Shown: positions 10,149 through 21,271 of the stretch, piece after piece
How positions within the stretch are numbered: position 1 is the first letter of the stretch
How the letters are laid out: every line of letters begins with the position of its first letter
Assembly: GCA_963793115.1 (NCBI GenBank)
Contig: CAWBYV010000008.1
Span: 228,250 to 292,249, forward strand
DNA length: 64,000 nt
Source: an uncultured delta proteobacterium
GTDB lineage: Bacteria; Desulfobacterota; Binatia; Binatales; Binataceae
Reading direction: 5' to 3'
Translations under genes and position numbers: made by a program
The notes under the pieces: model-generated
Databases searched by the model: none
The model's input: the letters and a program-made list of their open reading frames with translations, nothing else
Told to the model about the DNA's origin: nothing

Positions 10149-11823
10149 TCACCGTCGCGCGCGCTTCAACAAGACCATGCCACCCGTGTCGTCGAGCTGG
10201 GTTGGGCCGCTGGTGAGGACCAGGCTGAATCCACGGCTCTGCGCCGCGTCCATGCGATCGAAGGCGTCGCTTGCGCAAAGCAGGTAGTCGGGCTGATCGC
10301 GATCGCCGAGCCGGACGATCGGGATACTCCGGCCGCTGTAGAAGGCCACGTCGTAATTCAGGCTCTCAAGGTAGGCGACCGGGCCGTCGCCAACGATCCG
10401 CATCGCGTCGGCGGTGAACGCCCTAAGCCCGATAGTGTTGGCGATCGCGGGCTGTACGAACAGATTAGCCATCAGCGTGATACACGCGACGCCGGCAGCG
10501 ATCAAGGCGACAGTCGCCTCTATCGCGGGCCGTGCAACCATCAGAAAGACGCCCAGACCCGTGACTGCAACCGCCAGGACGATCGCCACAATCCAGCGTG
10601 CGCCGATAGCGTGCCCGAGTGCCGGCATGAAGCCGGCGGCGGTGATATCGAAGCGTGCGAGCAGGCCGGCGCACGCGGCCGGATTCATTTTGAGCATCAG
10701 CGGCGCCGCGATAGCCGCGCATCCAGCCACAGCCAACGTCAAGCCCGCGAGCGCAGCGAAGGCCGCCACCCACCGGGGACGGCCTTGATCGGCTGAAAAC
10801 GCATCGCCCAGCGATACGGCGACGATCGAGGTCAGCGCGGGATAAAGCGCCAACAGGTAAACTCCGCGCTTGCTTTGCGCCAGATTGTAGAAAGTCAGTA
10901 CCGTCAGGGACCAGACGGCAAGATAGCGCAGGCGCGGGCCGAGCGGGCGCGGCGCGCGCGCGAGCCGGATCGCCGGCGCCGGGATCAACAGCGACCACGG
11001 CATGAAGCCCGCGAGCAGGGCCGCTTCGACATAGTAGAACGGATGCGCGTGGCCCGCGCTGAACTGCGGACCGCCGGCGAAGCGGATGAGGTTTTCGGCG
11101 ACGATCTGCTTGCGAAAGAAACCGGGACCCCCGGCGTACCCGGCGGCGAGGTACCATCCGCCGCCGAGGATTGCGACGATCGCCGCGCCGGGCAGGAGAT
11201 GGAGCTTGCCGATCAGGTCCCATCTCTGTTCGATCCCGATCCAGATCAAAGCGACCGCCGCGGGCAGCACGGCACCCACCGGCCCTTTGGTAAGCACCGC
11301 AGCGGCGACGGCCAGATACATCATGAGCCAGCGGCGCGACAATCCCTCGGCGATCGAAATGAATTCGAAGAACGCGACTGTCATGAAGAACGTCAGCGTC
11401 GAGTTCGACGCGCGCGCCGCCGCCCGCTTGCAGATACTGCACCGAAGTGCCGAGCATCAGCGCCGACAGCATCCCGCTGCGATCGTCAAACAGCCGGCGT
11501 ACGTACAGGTAGCAGGCGATCATCGCAGCGATGGCGAGGGTGGCGGAGGGCAGCCGCACCGTCCATTCGTTGACGCGCCCGGCCGCGATCGAGAGCAGCG
11601 CGCCCAGCCAGTGCATCATCAGCGGCTTGGAGGGAATCTCGACCCCGGCGCGCAGCGGCAGGATCCATCCACCGCCATGCACGATATCGAAGATCGTCAC
11701 CGCCTCGCGCGGTTCACCTTTGGTATAGAGCGGATAGCCGCCGAGATTGACGAGATACAGCGCCGCGCCGGCGCCGAGCAGGATAGGGATCGCGAACCGG
11801 GGAGCGGCGGCGCGGGCGAACAA
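10149..11823 (-). CDS. GT39/ArnT-like dolichyl-phosphate-dependent glycosyltransferase (frame break near 11400-11440)
   Basis: ORFs 10465..11823 (N-terminal part YTKGEPREAVTIFDIVHGGGW.., LGTS motif) and 10149..11384 (TLTFFMTVAFF.. plus many TM helices) are the two halves of one polytopic ArnT/PMT-family protein. They are split within a GCGGGCGGCGGCGCGCGCG run. Confidence 0.65.
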
Positions 11824-11915
11824 TCGCGCGCCGATGCGCCGTCCGGGTTCCCGCAGCCCAGCGGCCTGCGAGATGGAATGGCGAGACGGAATGTTAGGCG
11901 ATTGCGACAGTTCGG

Positions 11916-12119
11916 CTAGTACTGCTTGATCAGGCTCACGCGGCCGTTGTCATCGTAGCTGTAGATTTCATTCGGATTCTCGTCGCGGGTCTTGCGGTGA
12001 CTGCCGTCGCAAAACGGCTTGTTCTTCGAGAGCCCGCAGGCGCAGATGTAGGCGGGAAGCTCGGTGCCCGCCGGAATTTCATAAGGAGCATTTTTATCGT
12101 GTCTGACGAGTCGTGCCAT
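11916..12119 (-). CDS. CDGSH iron-sulfur domain protein
   Basis: Start taken at the internal ATG (MARLVRHDKNAPYEI..). Contains the literal C-x-C-x..CDGSH motif (ACGLSKNKPFCDGSH). Roughly 67 aa, typical size. Confidence 0.7.
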   Translation of the reverse strand: MARLVRHDKNAPYEIPAGTELPAYICACGLSKNKPFCDGSHRKTRDENPNEIYSYDDNGRVSLIKQY

Positions 12120-12348
12120 GACGAATTCCTCGCTGTGGAGTTCGGAAAAATCGGGCCCGCTTCGGTTCGTGCCCAGCGTCACTAAAGACCAGCCCTGACC
12201 CCTTAGTCAACCTGTTTGAACGAATCGGTGCTGAGTTCACGCCAGTGTCTGAATTGCGACCGCAAGTGATTTAAGTAAAATGCGTTCGGACAACACCCGG
12301 CGCAAGGCGGCGGTTGCTCGCGGCGGCGATATCGCGTATGTGGCGGGG

Positions 12349-14266
12349 ATGCGGAAACTCCTCGCCGCGGTCTGCACGGTCGCGATCGTGATCGCCGCCG
12401 CATGCTCCAAATCGCCCTCCAAGCCGCCTAATGCGGAAGCGAAGCCGCCCGCGCCGGAAACCATCGGCGAGTTGCGCGCCGAAATCGCCAAGTCGCTCGG
12501 CAAGTATCACGTCCCGGGATGCGGCTTCGCACTGGTCGCCAGGGATCACGTCATCTATTCGGGCGGCGTCGGCAAAGCCGACATCGCTGCCGGCCGCGAC
12601 GTCACCCGGCGACACCATGTTCAGGGTCGGATCGATCACCAAAGGCTTCGTCGCGCTGTCGCTGCTCCAGCTTCATGAAGCGGGCGAGGTCGATCTTAAC
12701 GCCAAGGTTCACGACCTGGCGCCCGAGGTCGAAATAGTCAATCCGTGGGAAGCGACCGATCCGGTGCGACTGGCCAATCTGCTCGAGCACACCGCCGGCT
12801 TCGATGATTTCCCGCTGGCGGAGTTCTATGACTTCAGCGGAGGCCCGCCCACGCCGCTGGAAAAAGTATTCGAGATGTTCCCTGGTCCGCAGCACGTGCG
12901 ATGGCGTCCGGGAACGTTCGGTTCCTACTCCAACCCGGACTACGGGCTGGCCGGCTATATCCTTGAGAAAATCAGCGGCAAGCCGTGCGAGGTCTACATC
13001 GCCGACAACATTCTGCGTCCGCTTAAGATGGCGCATTCCGACCTGCGGCTGACGCCCGAACTGAAAGCCGCGCTCGCCACCGGCTACGAGGGCATTCCGC
13101 CCATGCCTGTTCCCTACCTGCCGATTTATCTGAGGCCGGCTGGTGAGATGAAATCCTCGCCCAACGAGGTGGCGCGTTTCGTTATGATGATGCTCAATCG
13201 CGGAACGCTCGACGGCGTGAAAATAGTCGGTCCCGATTCGATCACGCGGATGGAAACGCCAGAGACCGGACTCGCAGCGCGCGCCGGGCTCAAGTACGGC
13301 TATGGACTCGGCAACGGCGCCGACCTGGGCCATCCGTTTATCGCGCACGGCCACGACGGCGGACTCGACGGCTTCATTTCGAGCTACGAATACATTCCCG
13401 ATCAAGGCGTCGGATACTTTTTCTCGACCAACGCCAGCCCGTCGTTCAGACTCGGCGGCCCGTCGGGATCGGCTGCGGCCGAAATCAAGGAGTTGCTATT
13501 CGCCTATATGACGCGCGACTTGAAGCCGCCGCCCGTGCCGCCCACCGTGCCGCTCGATTCCACCATCGCTCAATGGACCGGATATTACGAGCTCGCAAGC
13601 CCGCGGCAGGAGAAGCTTCGCTTTCTCAGCAACCTGTTCGCGGCAGGATGGACTCATATCGACAACGGCAGGCTTCACAGCAAAAGCGTATTCCCCGGAA
13701 ACAACGTAGAACTGGTCTTTCTTGGCAATAATCAGTTCCGCCTCGAAAAGGAATTCGCTGCCGGCGGCGTCTACTGCGCCGATCAGGACGGCACGAAATA
13801 CGGATGCGGCGCGTTGGCCTGCTTTCGCCGCGCCAATCCTTTGTGGCCGATAACGCGGCTGATCCTGCTGATCGCGTCGCTGCTCGCGATGATCACCACG
13901 ATCCTGTTCGCGCTCATCTGGATTCCGCGTAAAGTATTCGGCCGGATGAAGGGCGTCGGGCATCTGAGCGTGCGAATCGCACCGCTGATCGCCGTGATTG
14001 TGTTCATGGCCGCGCAGATCTCAGTCCCCTCCGATACGATCAGGCTAGCGGCTTTCAACTGGCAAACGGGTTTGCTGTGCGTCGGGACAATCGCATTCGC
14101 GATTCTGTCGGTCGTCTCACTGATCCTTGCGATCCGATCCTTTTCGTTCGCGATGAATCGCGCCGCGCGAATTCATTCGTTGATCGCGTCGCTCGGATGC
14201 TGCGGGCTGACGTGGTATCTCGCGTACTGGGGGACCATCGGAATCCGCACCTGGGCAGCGTGGTAA
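12349..14266 (+). CDS. serine hydrolase (beta-lactamase/transpeptidase-like fold) lipoprotein with C-terminal 4-TM domain (frame break near 12605)
   Basis: Lipoprotein signal MRKLLAAVCTVAIVIAAAC. SxxK active-site motif (FRVGSITKGF) once one C is added to an ACCC run (..GRDVTPGDTMFRVGSITK..). C-terminal roughly 130 aa form four hydrophobic helices. Confidence 0.65.
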
Positions 14267-14334
14267 GACCGCGATTCAATGCTGACCCGCTACGCCCGTG
14301 ATCTCGAGCGCGGCCGCACCCTCAATATCTGAAT

Positions 14335-15359
14335 TCAGCAGTGCCAACAGGTCAGGCTCAGCGGGACGTGAATCGCTTCGGCGGCTTCGAGCGCCGGCGT
14401 CGTCTTGCGATGGGGGTCGGCGCCGGCGACCAGCGCGACCACCCCTCCCGCGGCGACCACGATTCCGATCAGCTCGCGCCGGCTGGCGTGTTCGCCGAGG
14501 AACATCACGGCGAAGACTATCGACAGCAGCGGGATACCGGGCACCACCAGCGCCGTCGTCCAGGCCAGCGAAAGACGGCTGATCGCGGCATACCACGACG
14601 AGGTGCCCAGAAAGTACACGACCACTCCGGTCGAAATCACCACCGCCAGCGCGCTCCAATCAGCCAACTGAACGACCGCGCCCGGATGAATTGCGATCAG
14701 GATTCCGCACAGCACGAAGGCGGCATAGATATAGCGCGCGCCCGCCAGGCAGATCGGACTCAGCGGCGGCATCACCTTGAGCGACAGCACGTGCGAGCCC
14801 TGCCAGAACAGCGGCGTGAGGGCGACCAGGAGCGCCGCGTAGGCCGGTGAGAAACCGCCGCCCGCCAGCACCACGACGATCCCGGCGATAATCGTCGCGG
14901 TCGCGGCGAGCTGGCGAAGCGAGGGGCGCTCGCCGACTATCAGCGTCGCGAGCAGCAGCGAGTAGATCGGTTCGCTCTGCAACAGCAGCACGCCCGCGAC
15001 CGCGTCGATTCGCCGCAGGCCGTAGATCAGCGCCAGGCTGGTCAGGACCGTGCCGGCGATCGAGATCGAAAACAGACGGGGCAGGTATTCGGGGTCGATC
15101 AGGAGGCCGAGCTCGCCGCGGCGATAGAGCGTGAATGCCAGACAGAGCGCGGCGATGGAAACCGCGGCCGCGCAAAAGAGCAGAGGTTCCAGGTTGAGCG
15201 CACCGTAACGCGTGATCACCGGCAACACCGCGCCCGTGATCACGTTGAAGACGCAAAGCGCGAGCCCGATCGCGAAGCTTCGCCGGAGCGAAACGGCGTC
15301 GTCGAGGGTGTCGGCGAAGCGATCGGCGGAATGGCCTGCGGCCCTGGACGGTTGGGACT
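14335..15359 (-). CDS. DMT-superfamily (EamA-like) transporter
   Basis: C-terminal roughly 340 aa of ORF 14335..15963 are ten hydrophobic helices with EamA-like spacing. The upstream 200 aa of that ORF overlap uppP out of frame and are rejected. Likely GTG start overlapping the uppP stop. Confidence 0.55.
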
Positions 15360-16151
15360 TCACAGCGTGCCGCGCGTGAAATATATCAGCGCGACCAGCG
15401 CCGCGAACGCCAGCCGATACCATCCGAACACCGCGTAGCTGCGGCTGCGGACGAAACGCAGCAGGCTCGCGATCGCGAGCAGTCCGAATGCCGTCGCGGC
15501 GAGGAACCCCAGCATCATCGGTTGGTTGAGTCCCTCGTGAATGATCTTGCGCGCCTCGACCAGACCGGCGCCGGCGATTATCGGCGTCGCCATCAGGAAG
15601 GAGAAATTGGCGGCGTCCTCGCGCCGTATCCGAAGCAGCCGAGCGGTGGTGATCGTCGCGCCCGAACGCGATACTCCGGGCACTATCGCGAACGCCTGAC
15701 TTACGCCAATCAGCAACGCGTCGGCGAGTGTCATTTCGCTTATCGTTCGCCCCTGTGGCCGGGCCCAGTCCGTGGTCCACAACACCACGCCGAACCCAGC
15801 CAGCGTCGCGGCGATCAAAAGCGGCGAGCGGAAGATTGTCTCGGCCTGATGCTCCAGAGCGAGACCGACGATCGCGCCGGGAACCGACGCGATGACGAGC
15901 AGCGACAGCAGACGCCGCTGGTCCTGTCCTCCTACGACCAGCGCGATTCCCATCTTGCTCCAATCGCGCCAGTAGTAGACCAGCAGCGCGACCAGCGTTC
16001 CCAGATGCAGCGCGACATCGAAGGCCAGCCCCGGATCAGGCCACAACAGCATCCAGGGAATGACCGCGAGGTGGGCCGAGCTGGAAATCGGAAGAAATTC
16101 CCCAAGTCCCTGAACGGTCCCGAGTACGATTGCTTCCAGCGATGAACTCAT
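15360..16151 (-). CDS. uppP: undecaprenyl-diphosphatase
   Basis: 263 aa. BacA/UppP motifs (GLGEFLPISSSAHL, PGVSRSGATI). Confidence 0.9.
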   Translation of the reverse strand: MSSSLEAIVLGTVQGLGEFLPISSSAHLAVIPWMLLWPDPGLAFDVALHLGTLVALLVYYWRDWSKMGIALVVGGQDQRRLLSLLVIASVPGAIVGLALEHQAETIFRSPLLIAATLAGFGVVLWTTDWARPQGRTISEMTLADALLIGVSQAFAIVPGVSRSGATITTARLLRIRREDAANFSFLMATPIIAGAGLVEARKIIHEGLNQPMMLGFLAATAFGLLAIASLLRFVRSRSYAVFGWYRLAFAALVALIYFTRGTL

Positions 16152-16302
16152 AATGTTTTCAACTACTTAGCGTCCTGTGGCGCCTTTGCGGTGGCGAAAA
16201 CTGCGCTCCGATTGCTGAAGTTGATATCGTTCTACCCTTGACCGAACCTTGGCCGGCTCTAATATAGCGTTGTGGGTGAGGGGTGGTAGTCGGAGGTCGC
16301 GC

Positions 16303-16623
16303 ATGGCGAGAAGTTCGAAGGCCAAGGTTGTGTCACTTTGGGAACGCGATGCGGTCGAGCAGCCTGATCATCGTGCTTCCGAGGCGTTGAAGAGTGTCCA
16401 ACTCGGCGGGCCTCGCCAGTTTCCGGTCGTTTCAACGCTGCCACGGCTGCCCGTGATGATTCCCGATGAGATCCTCGACTACTACGGCTGGGTATTCTGC
16501 CAAGGCGGATTCCTGAACCTGCAGATGACCTTTGAGCAGTTCCTGACCGTGGTGGCGGCAGTGAGCCCGTCAGGGCTCTGCCCTGAGTACGAGGGCGACC
16601 CCGCCCCGGAGCCGGTCGATTAA
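16303..16623 (+). CDS. hypothetical protein
   Basis: ATG at 16303 with GGAGGT RBS 5 nt upstream. 106 aa, no recognisable domain. Confidence 0.3.
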   Translation: MARSSKAKVVSLWERDAVEQPDHRASEALKSVQLGGPRQFPVVSTLPRLPVMIPDEILDYYGWVFCQGGFLNLQMTFEQFLTVVAAVSPSGLCPEYEGDPAPEPVD

Positions 16624-16695
16624 GCCAAGTAGTCTACGTGAAGTCATCCGGCTTCCGGTAGAGCGCCTATCGTTACTGATTTCACTCGGGCTATC

Positions 16696-17364
16696 TCACT
16701 GGTCCGATGAGTTGGAAGGTTTGGATTGCTTCGGCGCGCTGCCCAGAAGGCTGTCACTTACCCAGATAGTCTGAAGCGGCGTCAGATCGGTGGGCGCGGA
16801 GAGCCCATTGTCCTTCGCGATCTGCCGCCAATTGCCGGCGTTTCCGGTCACTCGTTTGGCGAGTCCCCGCAGGTCTTCGCCGGGCAATAGCGCGAAGTTG
16901 ACTCCGCCGGTACGCGGCAGCTTTGACGGTGGTGGCGTGAGCGCCGCGACCTGATCGATCTTGTTGAACAGGTCGAGGCGGGTGCTGGCCTTGTAGAGTG
17001 GCAGGTCCTTGTCCGGCACGTCCTCGGCCCGGACATTCACCACGATCTTGCTCTTCGCGCTGCCCTCGGAAACGGCCTGGATCTCGTAGCGATATCTGGG
17101 CTGCACGCCCGCCAGTCCGGCGAAAAATCCGGGTGCGTTGTCCGCCTTCTGCCAGAGCGTCACGAGCGACTCCTGCGGCCTGACCTCGAACAGAACCCCG
17201 GCGCCGTGTAGCGCGTCTTGCGTGAGCACGAAAGTGTCCGGCGCCGGGAAGTCCATCTGATGCTCCTCGCCGAGCGCGGCCTCGGTCCCGCCGCCATTCG
17301 CGCTGTAGTAGAAAAATCCCGCGTAGTAGCATCCCGGGAGCGCGGCCGCGAGAACGACCGCCAT
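16696..17364 (-). CDS. lipoprotein with C-terminal LysM domain
   Basis: Start at internal MAVVLAAALPGCYY (lipobox). C-terminal LPGEDLRGLAKRVTGNAGNWRQIAKDNGL..LQTIWV matches the LysM peptidoglycan-binding motif. Confidence 0.5.
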   Translation of the reverse strand: MAVVLAAALPGCYYAGFFYYSANGGGTEAALGEEHQMDFPAPDTFVLTQDALHGAGVLFEVRPQESLVTLWQKADNAPGFFAGLAGVQPRYRYEIQAVSEGSAKSKIVVNVRAEDVPDKDLPLYKASTRLDLFNKIDQVAALTPPPSKLPRTGGVNFALLPGEDLRGLAKRVTGNAGNWRQIAKDNGLSAPTDLTPLQTIWVSDSLLGSAPKQSKPSNSSDQ

Positions 17365-17505
17365 CGAGACGAAGCGTAGCAACGGTGCTGAGGCGAATCG
17401 TAGTCGCGGCGCCGGGGAGTCGTGAGCCATCGTGAAGACAACAAAACATGCGGGGGGTCTATTCGCAAGTTGGGCGCAAGTCGAGTGAAGGAAAAGGATT
17501 GTCTA

Positions 17506-18915
17506 ATGCGCGGCGAACCGCTAAACACTTACTCTCGCATGGCCGAAATCGACACCTCGAAACCGCGGCATGTAGTTGCAGTGGTGGGCGGAGCAACCGC
17601 CGGCGCCGAAATCGCGTACGTCCTGGCGAGTCGCGGGGCGATCGTTGCGGTCTTCGAGCAGCACAAACGCCCATACGGAAAAATCGAGGACGGACTGCCG
17701 CGATGGCACGTCAAGCAACGCAAGGATGAATACGAAGAAATAAACCGGCGCCTGTCGCATCCGAACGTCGCCTACGTGCCGGAGACCCGGATGGGCCGCG
17801 ATATCCAGTTCGACGAGCTTCGCCAACAGTGGCAGTTCAGCGCGATTGTGCTCGCGCATGGCGCCTGGCGCGATCGGCCCTTCCCGGTCGAAGGCGCCGG
17901 CCAGTTCGTCGATCGCGGCCTGATTTATCAGAACGCGCTCATCTACTGGTTCAATCACTATCCCGAACGCGCCTACCGCGGACCTCGCTACGAATTGCCG
18001 GATGGCGCGACGGTCGTGGGCGGAGGCCTGGCTTCGATCGACGTGGTCAAGGTGCTGCAAATCGAGACCACGCTCAAGGCGCTCCGCACGCGCGGGATCG
18101 AGGAAGACATGCTGCGGCTCGAGCGCGAGGGAATCGAGCCGGCGCTCGCCGCCCGCCGGCTCACGTGGGGCGGCCTGGGCGTGAAGCCCTGCAAGCTCTT
18201 CTACCGGCGCAGAGTGCTCGATATGCCGCTCTCGGACATTCCTGCCGATGCTAATCCCAAGCGCGCCGAGGCGCTTCGGCAGGCACGCGCCAAAATCCTG
18301 GACAAGGCGATGCGCAAGTACATGTTCGAGTTTCAGGAGCTGCGCGTGCCGACCGGGCTGGTAGTCGAAGGCTCCGGCCCGGAAGCCACGATGCGCGGCG
18401 TGATCTTTAGCCGCACGGAGGTTGTGGACGGGCAGGCCCGTACGCTCCTCGATACGGCAGAGACGGTCCGCGCAGTTCTGACGGTAAGCTCAATCGGCAG
18501 CACCCCGGAGCCGCTCCCCGGCATCCCGCAGCGCGGCGACGTTTACATCTACGCCGATCGCAAGATCGGTCTGCTGATCGGCGGCCCGACGCCCGTGTTC
18601 GCGGCCGGCAACGTCCTCACCGGCAAGGGCAATATCAGGGATTCGCTCGAAAGCGGGACCAAAATCGGCGTGCAGTTGGCGGAGGCGTATCTGGGGCTGA
18701 GCGGCGAACCGATGGGGCCGCTTGCCGAGGGCGCGCGCCGCGACGCGCACCAGCAAGGCGAGACCATCCAGGGCGTCCTGTCGCAGCGTGAGCCGCTGGC
18801 GCCGGACCATGTCGCTGCCGTGATCGCGAAAGTGCGCGAACGCCAGCGTGCGGTCGGCTTCGAGGGGGACTATCGCGCCTGGATCGCGCGCGTCACGCCG
18901 CCCGACTTGCAGTAG
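17506..18915 (+). CDS. FAD/NAD(P)-binding oxidoreductase (pyridine nucleotide-disulfide oxidoreductase-like)
   Basis: AAGGA RBS before the ATG at 17506. Two Rossmann dinucleotide motifs (VVAVVGGATAGAEIA and GATVVGGGLASIDVV). Confidence 0.65.
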   Translation: MRGEPLNTYSRMAEIDTSKPRHVVAVVGGATAGAEIAYVLASRGAIVAVFEQHKRPYGKIEDGLPRWHVKQRKDEYEEINRRLSHPNVAYVPETRMGRDIQFDELRQQWQFSAIVLAHGAWRDRPFPVEGAGQFVDRGLIYQNALIYWFNHYPERAYRGPRYELPDGATVVGGGLASIDVVKVLQIETTLKALRTRGIEEDMLRLEREGIEPALAARRLTWGGLGVKPCKLFYRRRVLDMPLSDIPADANPKRAEALRQARAKILDKAMRKYMFEFQELRVPTGLVVEGSGPEATMRGVIFSRTEVVDGQARTLLDTAETVRAVLTVSSIGSTPEPLPGIPQRGDVYIYADRKIGLLIGGPTPVFAAGNVLTGKGNIRDSLESGTKIGVQLAEAYLGLSGEPMGPLAEGARRDAHQQGETIQGVLSQREPLAPDHVAAVIAKVRERQRAVGFEGDYRAWIARVTPPDLQ

Positions 18916-19013
18916 CTTGCAGTAGTCGCGCTCGCAGCGTTTTGCTTCGATACGTCCGCGGCGCTACCCTTCGCTCAGCATCAGAGCGATTGCTCGCCGA
19001 AGGCCGCAGGAGG

Positions 19014-20266
19014 GTGGACGTGGACGAGCTTAAGCAGACCGATCCTGAAATCTACGATCTCATCAAGCACGAGGAGCGCTACGAGTTCGATTCGATTCGC
19101 CTGATACCGTCGGAGAACTACGTCTCGAAGGCGGTGCTTGAAGCCACCGGATCGGTCCTCGCCAATAAATATTCCGAAGGCTACCCGGGCCGCCGTTACT
19201 ACGAGGGTCAGCGCTACGTCGATCGGCTGGAGACCGTGGTCGTCGAGCGCGCCAAGGCGCTGTTTCACGTCGAGCACGCCAACGTTCAGCCGTACTCGGG
19301 CTCGCCGGCGAATCTCGCCGTCTACTACGCGCTGGCCAAGCCGGCCGAGAAGTTGATGGGTTTGGCGCTGCCGCATGGCGGCCATCTGAGCCACGGATGG
19401 GGCGTGACGCTGTCGGGAAGCCTGTGGACCCGGTGCCTTACGAAGTCGATCGCGAAAGCCATCGAATCGACTACGACGCGCTCCGCGACCGGGCGCGAAT
19501 CGAGCGGCCGCGGATAATAATCGCGGGCACCACGGCTTATCCGCGCCAGCTCGACTTCAAGATTTTCGGCGAGATTGCCAGGGAGGTCGGCGCGTACCTG
19601 TTCGCCGATATCTCGCACATCGCGGGCCTCATCATCGGCGGCGTGCATCCCGATCCCGCGCCTTACGCCGACGTGATCATGACCACCACGCACAAGACCC
19701 TGCGCGGCCCGCGCGGCGCGATGATCCTGTGCCGCAAGGAGCTGGCCGGGCAGATCGATCGCGCGGTTTTTCCGGGGCTTCAGGGCGGCCCGCACAATCA
19801 CACCACCGCCGCGATCGGCGTGGCGCTGCACGAAGCCGCGACTCCCGCTTTCAGAGAATACGCCCATCAGGTGGTGCGCAATGCCAAGGCGCTGGCCGCC
19901 GAGCTGACCAATCGCGGCTTCCGGCTCGTCTCCGGCGGGACCGACAATCATCTTGTGCTTATCGACCTGACCAACCGCAGCGTGATTGGCAAGAAGGCCG
20001 CCAAGGCCCTCGATGCCGCCGGAATCGTCGTGAATTTCAACACCGTGCCCTACGATCCGCGCAAGCCTTTCAGCCCCAGCGGAATCCGTCTCGGGACACC
20101 GGCCGTCACGTCGCGCGGGATGGGTGAGCCGGAGATGCGGCAAATCGCCAAATGGATGGACGACGCCGTTTCGCATGTTGACGACGAGGCGCGGCTCAAG
20201 CGGATCGCGGGCGAAGTCACCGAGCTGTGCCGCAATTTCCCCGCGCCAGGGATCACGATCGACTAG
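19014..20266 (+). CDS. glyA: serine hydroxymethyltransferase (frame break near 19415)
   Basis: AGGAGG at 19005 then GTG. Conserved SHMT blocks (RLIPSENYVSKAVLEATGSVLANKYSEGYPGRRYY.., TTTHKTLRGPRGAMI). The two ORFs 18942..19517 and 19397..20266 join if one G is added to a GGG run (..VTLSGKPVDPVPYEV..). Confidence 0.85.
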
Positions 20267-20574
20267 TTCGTCAACCGCCGACGATACCGGCCCTGCGTCC
20301 CGAGGCGGCGGTAGTGGGCGGTTTTGGGGTCGGATGGCGCAGGGACGCCGGCCACTACCCTGAATGAAGCTCCTACATTGGGTAGGGGCCGGCCATGTGC
20401 TGGCCCGTGCTGTCAAAACCTCCCACTACCGGGGCGGCGGCTTCCTTGACACGCGACCTTGTCCCCGGCGATAAGCGCTCCATGACGCTCAAGATCATCC
20501 CGGTCCACAATGAGCACGATCGCGGCGTACTGAAAGAGATTCTCCAGGACTTGCGGCGTCCATAAGCGCTCTCG

Positions 20575-21271
20575 ATGTCCGATTCGGACCAACAATATTA
20601 CGAGCGCGTTCGCGCGCTGCTCGAGGATTCGTACCTCGCTGCCGACGCGCGCGGCAACGTCTTCGGCGGTTCCGGATGCGGTGCGAAGAACGCGGCGCAT
20701 TGGGAGGCGGGGCGTCGCGCGATCGCCAGCGCGTTCGATCGCGACGGAACGTGGCTGGAACGTCGGATGCGCCAATGGGCTCCTGATGGAAACCCTGACC
20801 GCGTGGGTTGCCGAAAAAGGCCACCGAATCGAACCCTATGGGCTCGATCTCTCGGAGCGAATCGCTGAGACCGCGCGCCGGCGCCTGCCGCGATGGGCCG
20901 ATCGAATCTGGACGGGCAACGTAATGGAGTTCGAGCCGCCGATGCGATTGGACTACGTCACCGCGCTGGCCGACGCGGTCCCTGAGCATAGGGTTGCCGA
21001 TATGATTCGGCGGCTCGCTACGCGATTCCTCAATCCCGGCGGACGACTGGTGTTGAGTTGCTACACGCCCGGGGCCTTTCTGGTAAATCGAACCAGCGAT
21101 CCAACTTCGGCACCGGATCTCCTGCGCGCTGCCGGATTCGAGCCCGCCGGCGATGCGCAGGCGCGCGACGCGAAGACCGGAATCATCAAGGCCTGGGTCG
21201 CATGGACCGACATCGGCGCCCTGAGCTCGAGGAGGATCAATGCCAATCCCCGCGCCGAATCAGCATCGTGA
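20575..21271 (+). CDS. class I SAM-dependent methyltransferase (frame break near 20760)
   Basis: ORF 20575..20868 (MSDSDQQYYERVRALLE..DGTWLE) continues in ORF 20681..21271 (..GCANGLLME.., NPGGRLVLSCY). Confidence 0.55.

Noticed and set aside
10149-11823. Two separate overlapping minus-strand genes (10149..11384 and 10465..11823)
   Set aside because: The two ORFs are the N- and C-terminal halves of one ArnT/GT39-family protein joined across a GC-run indel. Reported as one CDS.
14335-15963. 542-aa ORF whose N-terminal roughly 200 aa would extend the DMT transporter across the uppP gene
   Set aside because: That part overlaps uppP (15360..16151) on the same strand out of frame and is Arg-rich low complexity. 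Only the hydrophobic C-terminal roughly 340 aa are retained as the transporter.
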